A stretch of DNA of 26,241 nt, from positions 1-26,241 of the forward strand of contig JAQTTP010000010.1 of the NCBI GenBank assembly GCA_028710695.1, read 5' to 3'. The notes beneath the pieces were generated by a model, which was not told where the DNA came from, searched no databases, and worked only from the letters and a program-made list of their open reading frames with translations. The position numbers were made by a program, and so were the translations under genes. Positions 6,461 to 15,122 of this stretch are shown in pieces. Position 1 is the first letter of the stretch; each line of letters starts with the position of its first letter. The DNA is from Candidatus Iainarchaeum sp. Lineage in GTDB: Archaea; Iainarchaeota; Iainarchaeia; Iainarchaeales; 0-14-0-20-30-16.

Positions 6461-8847
6461 ATAAACTCTTTATTTTCTGTTTAATGTCCTTATTATTTGT
6501 ATCTGTAATCTATGCTGAACCAATAACAACTGGAAGCATTGACTTGTTTGCTGTTAGTGATGATGGCCAAGGAATATCTGCAAGTCTAACTCTTGATTTA
6601 GTAGCCGGTGATGGCCAAATCTGGTCAAAAATTACCTCCCTCATAGGAATTAGTACCCAAAATACAGAAAAAACTGTTGTACAACTCTCAAAAAATTATG
6701 TTGATTTTGTAGACACCTATGACTACAAATACGAGATTGTAAGTGATGCAAAAATTGTGGACGGCCCAAGTGCTGGTCTACCAATGGGTTTGTTGACAGT
6801 AAGCATGCTTCAAGGAATTGAATTGCCAGAATACATTTCCGCAACAGGAACAATTTCATCTCAAGGCCTTATTGGGGCAATTGGGGGTGTTTTAGAAAAA
6901 ACAAAAGTGGCTCATGAAAAAGGCATTAAATTATTCTTTGTGCCAGCATCTAACTTAGATGTAGTAGTAAAAGATGATGGTGTAAAGAAAGTAAACCTTA
7001 GTACTTATGCTTATGAAAAATATGGAATAAAAGTAATCGGGGTTGAAACCTTAGATGAGGCCTTAGAATATCTGAAGACACCAATCGAAGACATAAATAT
7101 AGATATGAGTGACAGTAAAGAAATGGTAATTTACAATCCGCCCCCAACCCAGTACCAAGAAAACATGGCAGGATTTGCGGACTTTGTCAGCTCTTATGCT
7201 CTAACCCTAAAATCTAATATAGACAATTCAAAGGTATTGATGAATAACACTTTATTAGACCAAGATGTAACAAACACAATGCTTGAGCTTGTTGTTTATT
7301 CTGAAAAACTTTATGATGATGGACAATCTGCAAAAGACGGAAACTATCTTTACTCTGCAGCAAATTATTTCTTTTTATCAAATATTTATGCTAACTTAGT
7401 AATAGATGTTTGTAATGATCCATCTCTATTGACAATAAACTCTAAAACCTTTAATGAAAACGTAAATATTCTTAAAGAAAATCTGAACATTTTAGAAGAA
7501 AAATTAAATTACTTGCCTTATGATGGTTTTGAATGGTTTGTTGCTGCTCAAGAGCGTTACCTTTGGGCAAAGAACTATGTCTCACAATTAGACGCCGTAG
7601 CAGTTGTAATTAACAACCAGGTAAAAACAGTGGCTATGGACAAACTAGAAAAATATGAATATGCAAAAGAATGGGTTATGGTTGCTGATGGGTTTTTGAG
7701 TAATATTGACAAAAACACAACTTATGTTTCTGTAAAAGATTATGCTGATTCAGCATATACCACCTTACAAGAAATTGGGAAATCAGAAGAAGCAATAAAC
7801 AAGTATGAATTACAGGACCTAGATAGAAGGATCTTTGGTGCAAAAGAATCTTATAACAAAGGTTGGTACCTAACCTCCCTTTATGAATCCGCAACAGTTT
7901 TGGGCATAGTAAACGCAAATATTCTAATGGAAAATAAAAGCTACCCAGAACTAGAGCCAATAGTTGTAGAAAAAATACAAGCTCTTGAAACAAAAATGAA
8001 AGATTCTAATATTCAATATGTTTGGTCAGAGCTTTATCTTAACCACTCAAAATACTTCTTAAACGAAGCAAAGTTTTACAAAGGACAGAATAACATTATT
8101 TATGCTTTAAATAGCTTAGCAAGTTCATTAGAATTGCTTTATTTAGCAGACAATCTTTACTCCGCATCAAGCAACTTCTACGACAACAGAGAAACATTAG
8201 AAAAAGTTGTTGCTCCGGAAGACACAAAGGACGCAAATAAAGGAACAGTTACTGCAAAAACAAATATGGACTTTGGATTTTTGTATATCGTTGCAGTTAT
8301 TATTGCTTTATTCATACTTTCAATAATAGTAATTTATTTTATTGCAAAAATAAAAGCAAAAACCGAAAATAAAGTCTTCAGAGATGCAAATAAAGAAATA
8401 ACTGCTGCAAAGAATTACTTACTTGATTTAGATAAAAAATATCTTGCTGGCAAGGTAGAAGATAGTGAATATATATTATTAAGAAAAGACTACAACAAGA
8501 AGTTGATCTGCTTAGAAAAGCAAAGAAAAACAATTGTAGACAACTTAGAAGATCTGTCATATTTAGAAAGTCAGCTAAAGTATTTACAGAACAAGCTTTC
8601 AAGAACAATCTCTTTCTATACTAAGAACCTGATTTCAGAAGAAGAATACAACCGCCTTGTTAAGGACTACAAAGAAGAAATAACAAGCATAAAGTACAAT
8701 ATAGAAGCAGATAAGAAGAAGCTCTCAAAGATAGAATCTGGAGACGAACCTTGTACTGATAAACCAGCAAAGATTGAACCCAGTCTACTTACTAAAAAGC
8801 AAGTAGTAAAAAAACCAAAAGAGAAAAAGCAAAAGACAAAAAAATAA
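6457..8847 (+). CDS. Membrane-anchored Lon-like (S16) serine protease domain fused to a large helical ectodomain, one TM helix and a coiled-coil/SHOCT-like cytoplasmic tail
   Basis: The N-terminal signal/anchor is MNKLFIFCLMSLLFVSVIYA. The Lon proteolytic-domain motifs are VDGPSAGLPMGLLTVS (catalytic Ser) and ATGTISSQGLIGAIGGVLEKTKVAHEKG (catalytic Lys region). There is no AAA+ module. The TM helix is FGFLYIVAVIIALFILSIIVIYFIA (about nt 8270-8345). The tail is Lys/Glu-rich. Confidence 0.75.
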   Translation: MNKLFIFCLMSLLFVSVIYAEPITTGSIDLFAVSDDGQGISASLTLDLVAGDGQIWSKITSLIGISTQNTEKTVVQLSKNYVDFVDTYDYKYEIVSDAKIVDGPSAGLPMGLLTVSMLQGIELPEYISATGTISSQGLIGAIGGVLEKTKVAHEKGIKLFFVPASNLDVVVKDDGVKKVNLSTYAYEKYGIKVIGVETLDEALEYLKTPIEDINIDMSDSKEMVIYNPPPTQYQENMAGFADFVSSYALTLKSNIDNSKVLMNNTLLDQDVTNTMLELVVYSEKLYDDGQSAKDGNYLYSAANYFFLSNIYANLVIDVCNDPSLLTINSKTFNENVNILKENLNILEEKLNYLPYDGFEWFVAAQERYLWAKNYVSQLDAVAVVINNQVKTVAMDKLEKYEYAKEWVMVADGFLSNIDKNTTYVSVKDYADSAYTTLQEIGKSEEAINKYELQDLDRRIFGAKESYNKGWYLTSLYESATVLGIVNANILMENKSYPELEPIVVEKIQALETKMKDSNIQYVWSELYLNHSKYFLNEAKFYKGQNNIIYALNSLASSLELLYLADNLYSASSNFYDNRETLEKVVAPEDTKDANKGTVTAKTNMDFGFLYIVAVIIALFILSIIVIYFIAKIKAKTENKVFRDANKEITAAKNYLLDLDKKYLAGKVEDSEYILLRKDYNKKLICLEKQRKTIVDNLEDLSYLESQLKYLQNKLSRTISFYTKNLISEEEYNRLVKDYKEEITSIKYNIEADKKKLSKIESGDEPCTDKPAKIEPSLLTKKQVVKKPKEKKQKTKK

Positions 8848-9122
8848 AGCCTGAAAAAGGCTGACAGAAAGAGTCAGGGATCTGCAAGCAGTTTAACTCT
8901 TTCGAACCAACCTATTCCATTCCAGTTCTTTGATATTTTTCTAAAGAGGGGAAGTCTCTTTATTTCTAATATCTATAGTAAATATCCCCTTGTTTTATAT
9001 ATTGATTTAGCATTCAGTAAACTAATGCAAAAAATCAAAAGACGTTAATTTTAACAACAAAAATAGTAATTACATTAAAAAAATATAATAAAAGTGGGGT
9101 TGGTCATTACGACACAAAGCCC

Positions 9123-10562
9123 TTATTGTTTATACTTTAACTCAAACAGTTTATCTTTCAAATCTTTTATCTTTATTCTATCCTGCTTTGTTGTCCAAGA
9201 GTCCCTTAAAGTTACTGCTTTATCTTTCAAAGAGTCATAATCAACAGTAATAGCATACCTTACTCCAATCTCGTCACTCTTTGCATATCTCTTCCCAACA
9301 CTTCCTTTGTCTTCATACAGCACATTAAACCCACAAGACTTAAGATCTTTATTTAGCTCTTCTGCAACTCCATCAATGCCATCCTTATTTACTAAAGGGT
9401 ACACCGCGCAATCATATGGACTTATTCCCGGATTTAAAGTAAGAACTACTTTCCCATTTATTTCTGTTAAGTTCTGGTCAATCAAACAATAAACTGTTCT
9501 GCCCAAACCTTTAGAAGTCTCGTAAATATGTGGGGTAAATTCCTTTTCTTCACCTTCTTCTTTAACAGAAAGGTTTTGCTTACTAAACTTTCCATGTCTG
9601 CTTAGGTCGTGGTCAGTTCTGTAATTATTTGCAGTTATTTCTACCCATCCTAAACTAGTCTCAACTTCAGTATCAAAAGTAAACGCAGAATAGAATGCTC
9701 TGTCATTTTCATCAACTTCTCTAAATCTTATTTTGTCTTTTTTGAAACCCATTGCTAAAAGCATATCATATTCTTGTAATAAATGAGCGGAAATTACATT
9801 ATGTAGAATTAATTTTTTGTCTTTTAATTCTTTAATTGTTACCTCTTTAAAAGTTCCATTTTTAAACAATATTGGAAGCTTTCTTTTTTCATCAACTTTG
9901 TAGTCATCTTTTTTTGGATTAAAGAATATTTCCACATCCATTTGCTCCATTTCTCTTACTCTTATTAATGCATTTCTTGGGGCGATTTCATTTCTAAAAG
10001 CCCTTCCTGCTTGGGCTATTCCCAAAGGAAGGCAGTTCTTTGTTTTATACATTCTGCTAAATGCCAAAAAAATATTCTGGCAAGCTTCTCCTCTTAAATA
10101 CCCCAATTCTTTTCCAGTTGCACCAAGGGATAAAGGGAACATCAAATTGAACTTCTCTGCTTTCCCGAATTTTCCTTTACATTTTTCACAAACAATTTTT
10201 TTATTAGCAATAATTTTATCAAATTCTTTAGTATCTGCGCTTTCTCCAAGTTCGGTACCAGCAAGCTTTGCAACAAGCTTGTCCGCTCTTTCTACAGACC
10301 CACATTTTGTACATTTTATTATTGGGTCATTTAAAGAACTTAGATGTCCTGATGCCTCAAAAACAATTTTTGGAAGAATACAAGACCCAGATATTTCTGT
10401 ATAATTATTATTTTCAACAGCGTACTTTCTCCAAAAAGTTCGCACATTATCAACAATCTTCAGCCCAATTGGTCCGTAGTCCCAAAGGCCTGCTGCACCA
10501 CCATAGATTTCCGCAGAAGGGAAAAATAAATTTCTTCTTAATGCAAGATTAACAATATCCAT
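9123..10562 (-). CDS. glyS: Glycine--tRNA ligase (archaeal/eukaryotic-type class II)
   Basis: The N-terminus is RRNLFFPSAEIYGGAAGLWDYGPIG. Motif 2 is AFRNEIAPRNALIRVREMEQMDVEIFF. A C-x2-C...C-x2-C insertion is present (KCTKCGS...CEKCKG). GGAGTGA lies upstream of the ATG, 11 nt after the traB-like stop. Confidence 0.9.
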   Translation of the reverse strand: MDIVNLALRRNLFFPSAEIYGGAAGLWDYGPIGLKIVDNVRTFWRKYAVENNNYTEISGSCILPKIVFEASGHLSSLNDPIIKCTKCGSVERADKLVAKLAGTELGESADTKEFDKIIANKKIVCEKCKGKFGKAEKFNLMFPLSLGATGKELGYLRGEACQNIFLAFSRMYKTKNCLPLGIAQAGRAFRNEIAPRNALIRVREMEQMDVEIFFNPKKDDYKVDEKRKLPILFKNGTFKEVTIKELKDKKLILHNVISAHLLQEYDMLLAMGFKKDKIRFREVDENDRAFYSAFTFDTEVETSLGWVEITANNYRTDHDLSRHGKFSKQNLSVKEEGEEKEFTPHIYETSKGLGRTVYCLIDQNLTEINGKVVLTLNPGISPYDCAVYPLVNKDGIDGVAEELNKDLKSCGFNVLYEDKGSVGKRYAKSDEIGVRYAITVDYDSLKDKAVTLRDSWTTKQDRIKIKDLKDKLFELKYKQ

Positions 10563-10573
10563 CTAACTCACTC

Positions 10574-11794
10574 CTAAAATATGAACTTTAACATAATCGG
10601 CAATGCAACTAGTGATCCTATGGTTGCACCTATATTACATAATGCCACAATTAATAAAATTCTACTCACTCTGTTACGCCTTAACTCTTTGAATGAAAAC
10701 TTAACATTACTAAGCCCCAAAAAATCCTCAACTTTTGGTTTGTCCGCCCAAGTCTCTACCGCACCCGCAATCCAACCTGTTGCAATTAGCGGGTTTGCTA
10801 CTGCAAAAGGCGCAGAGAAAAATGCGGCAAGAATTGTGATTAATCTTGCCCCCGCAATTATTGCACTTATTGCAGAAAATACTGCAATCACAAGATAACA
10901 GGTGATCAACATAGTCAGGCCCACACCCAACCCTTTAGTCATAAAGCCATAAACAATTAATCCAATAAATAAAATAGGAACTAACCATTGTAAAAGTTTG
11001 AATTTTTTCTTTTTCCTTACTTTATTTAGCTCAGAAAGGTCTGCTTTTTTTCCGGCCTTTAGATTCTTTTCAATGCCTTCTAAATGCCCTGCACCAACAA
11101 TAGTCAGCACTTTATCTGCCTTTATTCCTCTAATTTTTTCAGAAATAAATTGGTCTCTCTCGTCCACCAAAACCTCTTTCAAGTGTGGGAACTGTTTTAC
11201 CATCTCTTCCATTGCTTGGTTAATCAGATCTTGATTTTTCATTTCCTCTATCTTTTCAGGTGTAATTTGATCTTCCATCTTAAAAAATGACAAAAAGAAG
11301 AAGTACAGCATTTTGAATTTTTCTATAAAATTTAGTTTAAGCATTGCCCTCTTAAGAGTTACCTGCACATCCCGGTCTGCAAGCACAATTGGGATTCCAG
11401 CTGCTTTTGCAATACCGTAGGCCTCTAACATTTCTTGGCCAGGCATAACCCCTACCTTTTCACCCATTTTTTTCTGAAGATTAGCCAGATACAGATTCAA
11501 CAAAAACAAGTATACATTTCCGCTTTTTATAACCTCAAAAATATTCATTTGCTTCCAAGCCTGCTGATTAGTTAACTTATGTAATCTTGCCTCACAAAGT
11601 TCAATAGCAATAACATCTGGTTTTTCCTTATTAATAACTTCTTTTATTTGCTTCACACTGTCTTTAGAAATATGTGCAGTTCCAAGTAAAACGTGCTTAG
11701 TACTAGTATTATTTGGCCCAGAGATAGTAACTGTTCGTATTAGGTTTGTACTTTTTTTTGGCTTCTTAACCACAGTTGTCTTTTTTTCTGGCAT
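10574..11794 (-). CDS. TraB/PrgY-family protein with C-terminal multi-pass membrane domain
   Basis: Family motifs LLGTAHISKDSV and TIVGAGHLEGI are present, plus 4-5 hydrophobic helices at the C-terminus. The start was moved to ATG 11794 (MPEKKTT) because the track's start at 12013 runs through the tRNA-Gln gene on the opposite strand. Confidence 0.8.
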   Translation of the reverse strand: MPEKKTTVVKKPKKSTNLIRTVTISGPNNTSTKHVLLGTAHISKDSVKQIKEVINKEKPDVIAIELCEARLHKLTNQQAWKQMNIFEVIKSGNVYLFLLNLYLANLQKKMGEKVGVMPGQEMLEAYGIAKAAGIPIVLADRDVQVTLKRAMLKLNFIEKFKMLYFFFLSFFKMEDQITPEKIEEMKNQDLINQAMEEMVKQFPHLKEVLVDERDQFISEKIRGIKADKVLTIVGAGHLEGIEKNLKAGKKADLSELNKVRKKKKFKLLQWLVPILFIGLIVYGFMTKGLGVGLTMLITCYLVIAVFSAISAIIAGARLITILAAFFSAPFAVANPLIATGWIAGAVETWADKPKVEDFLGLSNVKFSFKELRRNRVSRILLIVALCNIGATIGSLVALPIMLKFIF

Positions 11795-11921
11795 AGTATT
11801 CACTAAATCCACAAATTGTTTATTAGATAATAAATATATAACAATTACTTGATTATATATATAAACGATTGCAAGTAGGCAAAGGACAGCATAAGTTAGG
11901 TAAAAGGCATAAGAAACAAAA

Positions 11922-11994
11922 AGCCCCGTAGTGTAGCGGCCTATCAGTAGAGGCTCTGGACCTCTAAACCTGGGTTCAAATCCCAGCGGGGCTA
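11922..11994 (+). tRNA. tRNA-Gln (anticodon CUG)
   Basis: Hand-folded. The acceptor stem AGCCCCG/CGGGGCT has an A1-U72 pair. The anticodon stem is AGAGG/CCTCT with loop CT-CTG-GA. The variable loop is AAAC. The T arm is CTGGG-TTCAAAT-CCCAG. The discriminator is A, and no CCA is encoded. The D stem is weak (only U11-A24 and G12-C23 are clean pairs). Confidence 0.85.
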
Positions 11995-11995
11995 T

Positions 11996-12067
11996 CTTTT
12001 CTTTCTTTTCCAAAAGAAAGAAAACCTAAGTTCGCTAAAGAAAGAAAAGGGTGGGCACAAGGCCCAC
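11996..12067 (+). repeat. Homopyrimidine tract, two homopurine complements and a GC hairpin immediately 3' of tRNA-Gln (terminator or structured trailer)
   Basis: TTTTCTTTCTTTT (11997..12009) pairs perfectly with AAAAGAAAGAAAA (12012..12024) across a CC loop. A second copy of AAAGAAAGAAAA lies at 12037..12048. The hairpin GTGGGC-ACAAG-GCCCAC is at 12051..12067. Confidence 0.5.
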
Positions 12068-12167
12068 GTGAATTGGAAAAATAATATAACAAAAGAAGAG
12101 ATTAAAGACTGGACAAATTGTTTGTTCGGCATAAAGAGGGTGTACAAAGATTTGGTAACCTATTAGG

Positions 12168-12926
12168 ATGTTAGTGATAAAAATGGATGTTTCAAGATTA
12201 TTTGGGGAAAAGTTCAAAGCCAGCATAAATAATTTTGAAAGAACTAGAAAGATCTACCGCGAAGTTTTTGATAACAGGCTTTATATCTCAATTTCTAAAC
12301 TATACTCAAAAAAAGTACTAGATACAATGGAGGGTCTAATCTCAACAGGAAAAGAAGCGAATGTATTTTTGGCCCACAAAAATGATAAAAAAATTGTATT
12401 GAAAATCTTTAGAAGAGAAACAACCTCTTTTTCAAAATTCTTGGAATATGTTGAAAGCGACCCTCGATTCCCAGTAATCAAAAAAAATAGGGCTATGATT
12501 TCTAATCTTATGGCGCAAAAAGAATTTAGAAACCTAAAGGTGGCAGCAAAGGCGGGGTGCCTAGTTCCTGAACCAATTAAATTTATTGATAATATAGTAG
12601 CAATGGGTTGTGTTGGAGACCCAGAAATAACATTAGACAAATTAAACAAGGCAGAGATTGAAGCAAACAAAGAGATAATTTTCAGGGGCATTGAAGACAA
12701 TATGAAAGCCTTAAAAAAAGGTAGGCTTGTGCATGGCGATTTGTCTGAGTATAATATTATATTCTGGAAAGATGTTTACTTTATAGATATGTCGCAATCA
12801 ACAACTTATGACAATCCACGAGCAAAAAAGTTTTATTTAAGAGATTTACAAAACATAAAGAAATTATTTGAAAAATACAAATACAAATCAGAGTTTGTAG
12901 AAAAAGAAATCGAGGGATTAATATGA
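12168..12926 (+). CDS. rio1: RIO-type serine/threonine protein kinase, Rio1 class
   Basis: The nucleotide-binding loop is ISTGKEANVF, the catalytic loop is LVHGDLSEYNI and the metal-binding motif is FIDMSQS. At 252 aa there is no N-terminal winged helix, which favours Rio1 over Rio2. Confidence 0.85.
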   Translation: MLVIKMDVSRLFGEKFKASINNFERTRKIYREVFDNRLYISISKLYSKKVLDTMEGLISTGKEANVFLAHKNDKKIVLKIFRRETTSFSKFLEYVESDPRFPVIKKNRAMISNLMAQKEFRNLKVAAKAGCLVPEPIKFIDNIVAMGCVGDPEITLDKLNKAEIEANKEIIFRGIEDNMKALKKGRLVHGDLSEYNIIFWKDVYFIDMSQSTTYDNPRAKKFYLRDLQNIKKLFEKYKYKSEFVEKEIEGLI

Positions 12927-13444
12927 ATACTTATTTGAAAATACCTATGGACCGAGTTCCAATCCTAATTGGAAAAAAGGGTGAAACAAGAAAAAGATTA
13001 GAAGAGATCACTCTTGCAAAAATAGAGGTAGACAGCCAAACTGGTGATGTAAACCTAGAAAAAAAGGAAGCAAACCCACTAACTTTTTATAAACTTGAAA
13101 GTGTGATAAAAGCAATTGGAAGAGGCTTTTCTCCAGACCATGCACTTTACCTATTAGATGATGATTATGTTCTGTGGCTAACTGATCTTACTGAATATGC
13201 AAAATCAGAAAAATCCAGAGAGACCAAAAGGTCAAGAGTCATTGGCACAAAAGGGGCAGTAAGGCAGTATATAGAAGATACTACTTCTTGTTTTATATCT
13301 GTTCAAGGAAAAACAGTTGCAATAATTGGAAAAGAACCAACTCTATCTATTGCAATTGATTCTGTTGGCAGACTTCTACAAGGTTCAGAGATACAAGCAG
13401 TGAAGACATTTGTAAAGAAAGCAATACTAAAACAGAAGAGTTGA
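12923..13444 (+). CDS. KH-domain RNA-binding protein (archaeal Dim2/Pno1-like, two KH modules)
   Basis: There are two GXXG loops, IGKKGETRKRLEE and IGTKGAVRQYIED. The start overlaps the rio1 stop (ATGA). Rio kinase next to a KH protein is a conserved archaeal ribosome-biogenesis arrangement. Confidence 0.75.
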   Translation: MNTYLKIPMDRVPILIGKKGETRKRLEEITLAKIEVDSQTGDVNLEKKEANPLTFYKLESVIKAIGRGFSPDHALYLLDDDYVLWLTDLTEYAKSEKSRETKRSRVIGTKGAVRQYIEDTTSCFISVQGKTVAIIGKEPTLSIAIDSVGRLLQGSEIQAVKTFVKKAILKQKS

Positions 13445-13448
13445 TAAT

Positions 13449-15122
13449 ATGTCCGAAGACAAATTCTCTGCAAGTTTTAAGGAAAGCTCAGTTGCTGAAT
13501 TCTTTAAAAGAAACAGACAGATGTTGGGGCTTTATGGAAAGCTTAGATCTCTGACAACGGTAATTGCAGAATATGTTTGTAATTCTTTGGATGCTTGTGA
13601 AGAAGCAGGGATTCTTCCTGAAATAATAGTGAAAATAATTCCTTTGGGGGAAGAACATTATGAAGTCCATGTTATTGATAATGGCCCAGGAATCCCAAAA
13701 GATAAAGTAGGCAAAGCTCTAGGAAAACTTTTAGCAGGAACCAAATTCCACAGGCTAATACAAACAAGAGGACAGCAAGGTATTGGTGCAAGTGGATGTA
13801 TATTATTAAGCCAAGTGACTACTGGAAAGCCATCAAAAATAATTTCTGGAACTGGCGGAAAGCCCTTGTATATGGAACTTGAGATAGATACTGCGAAAAA
13901 CGAGCCAAAAATAAAGCTACAAAAAGAATTGGATTATGATTATCGGGGCATTGCGGTTAAGTCAGAATTCAAAGAAGTGAATTACCAGAACAGCAGCCAG
14001 AATGCTTTAGAATACCTAAAAAGAACCGCAATTGCAAACCCACATGCAACAATAAAATATACTGATCCTTTTAACAACACTTACATTTTTGAAAGATCGA
14101 GCGGATATATTCCAAAAACCCCAAAAGAAATCAAGCCGCACATAAAATGCATAACTGTTGATGAATTAAAAACCCTTGCAAAAGACCACTCAAAAAAGAC
14201 TATTGCTGGGCTATTCAAACAAGAGTTTGACAGGGTTGGAGACAAAGTAATCAAAGACATAAATTCCCTGTTGGATTTCGATATCTCAAAAGTAACTATG
14301 TCAAAAGCAAATTGGGAAATGTTTGAAAAGGTAGTAAAAGCTATTGACAAGACAAAAACTTTTGCACCAAGGCTTGACACCTTAATCCCAATTGAAGAAA
14401 AGTACTTAGAGGAATCTCTAAGAAAAATTATAAAGCCAGAATTTTTATCTGTACTATCTAGAAAGCCAACAGTATATCATGGCGGTTATCCAATACAAAT
14501 AGAAGTTGCTATTGCTTATGGCGGAGATGCAGGTCAGACATTAGCAAACAACGAAAAAAAGCTTGAGCTTATGCGTTTTGCTAATAGGGCCCCATTGCTT
14601 TTTGATGCCGGTGCTTGTGGAATCACAAAAGCAGTGAACTCTATAGAGTGGAGAAGATACGGTCTAAAAGATATTGAAAACCTTCCACTTTCTATTTTAG
14701 TAAATCTTTCATCTGTTCATATACCTTACACAAGCGCAGGAAAGCAGGCAATAGCAGAAGAGGAAGAAATTGTAGAAGAAATAAGAAAAGCGCTAATGAC
14801 TGCAGCAAGATCTCTTGGATTACACTTGTCCAAGAAAAGGCACCTAGAAACAAAAATGAAGAAAAGAGGGATATTCCTGAACTATGCAAAAGAGGTTGCT
14901 GAAGGCCTACATTTGCTGACAGATAGAAACAAGAAAGAGCTTATTGATAAATTAGAAGACATTATTACTAAAAAATTACAGATAGAAGAAATGAATGAAC
15001 AAGAAGAATCTGAAGACATAAGCGAAGGCGAAATCCCTGAAGATGCAGAAGAGAAAAAAAGTAAAGGTAAAAAAGATAAAATAACAGATTATTTTGAGGC
15101 AGATGGTGATCACGATGAGTGA
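13449..15122 (+). CDS. top6B: DNA topoisomerase VI subunit B
   Basis: Bergerat-fold ATPase motifs are present: EYVCNSLDA (N box), IDNGPGI (G1) and RGQQGIGASG (G2). The transducer region is followed by an acidic/Lys-rich tail. Confidence 0.9.
   Translation: MSEDKFSASFKESSVAEFFKRNRQMLGLYGKLRSLTTVIAEYVCNSLDACEEAGILPEIIVKIIPLGEEHYEVHVIDNGPGIPKDKVGKALGKLLAGTKFHRLIQTRGQQGIGASGCILLSQVTTGKPSKIISGTGGKPLYMELEIDTAKNEPKIKLQKELDYDYRGIAVKSEFKEVNYQNSSQNALEYLKRTAIANPHATIKYTDPFNNTYIFERSSGYIPKTPKEIKPHIKCITVDELKTLAKDHSKKTIAGLFKQEFDRVGDKVIKDINSLLDFDISKVTMSKANWEMFEKVVKAIDKTKTFAPRLDTLIPIEEKYLEESLRKIIKPEFLSVLSRKPTVYHGGYPIQIEVAIAYGGDAGQTLANNEKKLELMRFANRAPLLFDAGACGITKAVNSIEWRRYGLKDIENLPLSILVNLSSVHIPYTSAGKQAIAEEEEIVEEIRKALMTAARSLGLHLSKKRHLETKMKKRGIFLNYAKEVAEGLHLLTDRNKKELIDKLEDIITKKLQIEEMNEQEESEDISEGEIPEDAEEKKSKGKKDKITDYFEADGDHDE

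Noticed and set aside
11795-12013. N-terminal 73 codons of the 479-aa track ORF (TraB-like)
   Set aside because: This segment runs antisense across a well-folding tRNA-Gln gene. A good ATG at 11794 gives a TraB-family protein of normal architecture.
12035-12226. 63-aa minus-strand ORF in the tRNA-rio1 spacer
   Set aside because: It overlaps the rio1 start and the repeat/hairpin region, its translation is low-complexity, and it has no SD or TATA support.
12281-12700. 139-aa minus-strand ORF
   Set aside because: It is entirely antisense to the Rio1 kinase gene, whose motifs are unambiguous.
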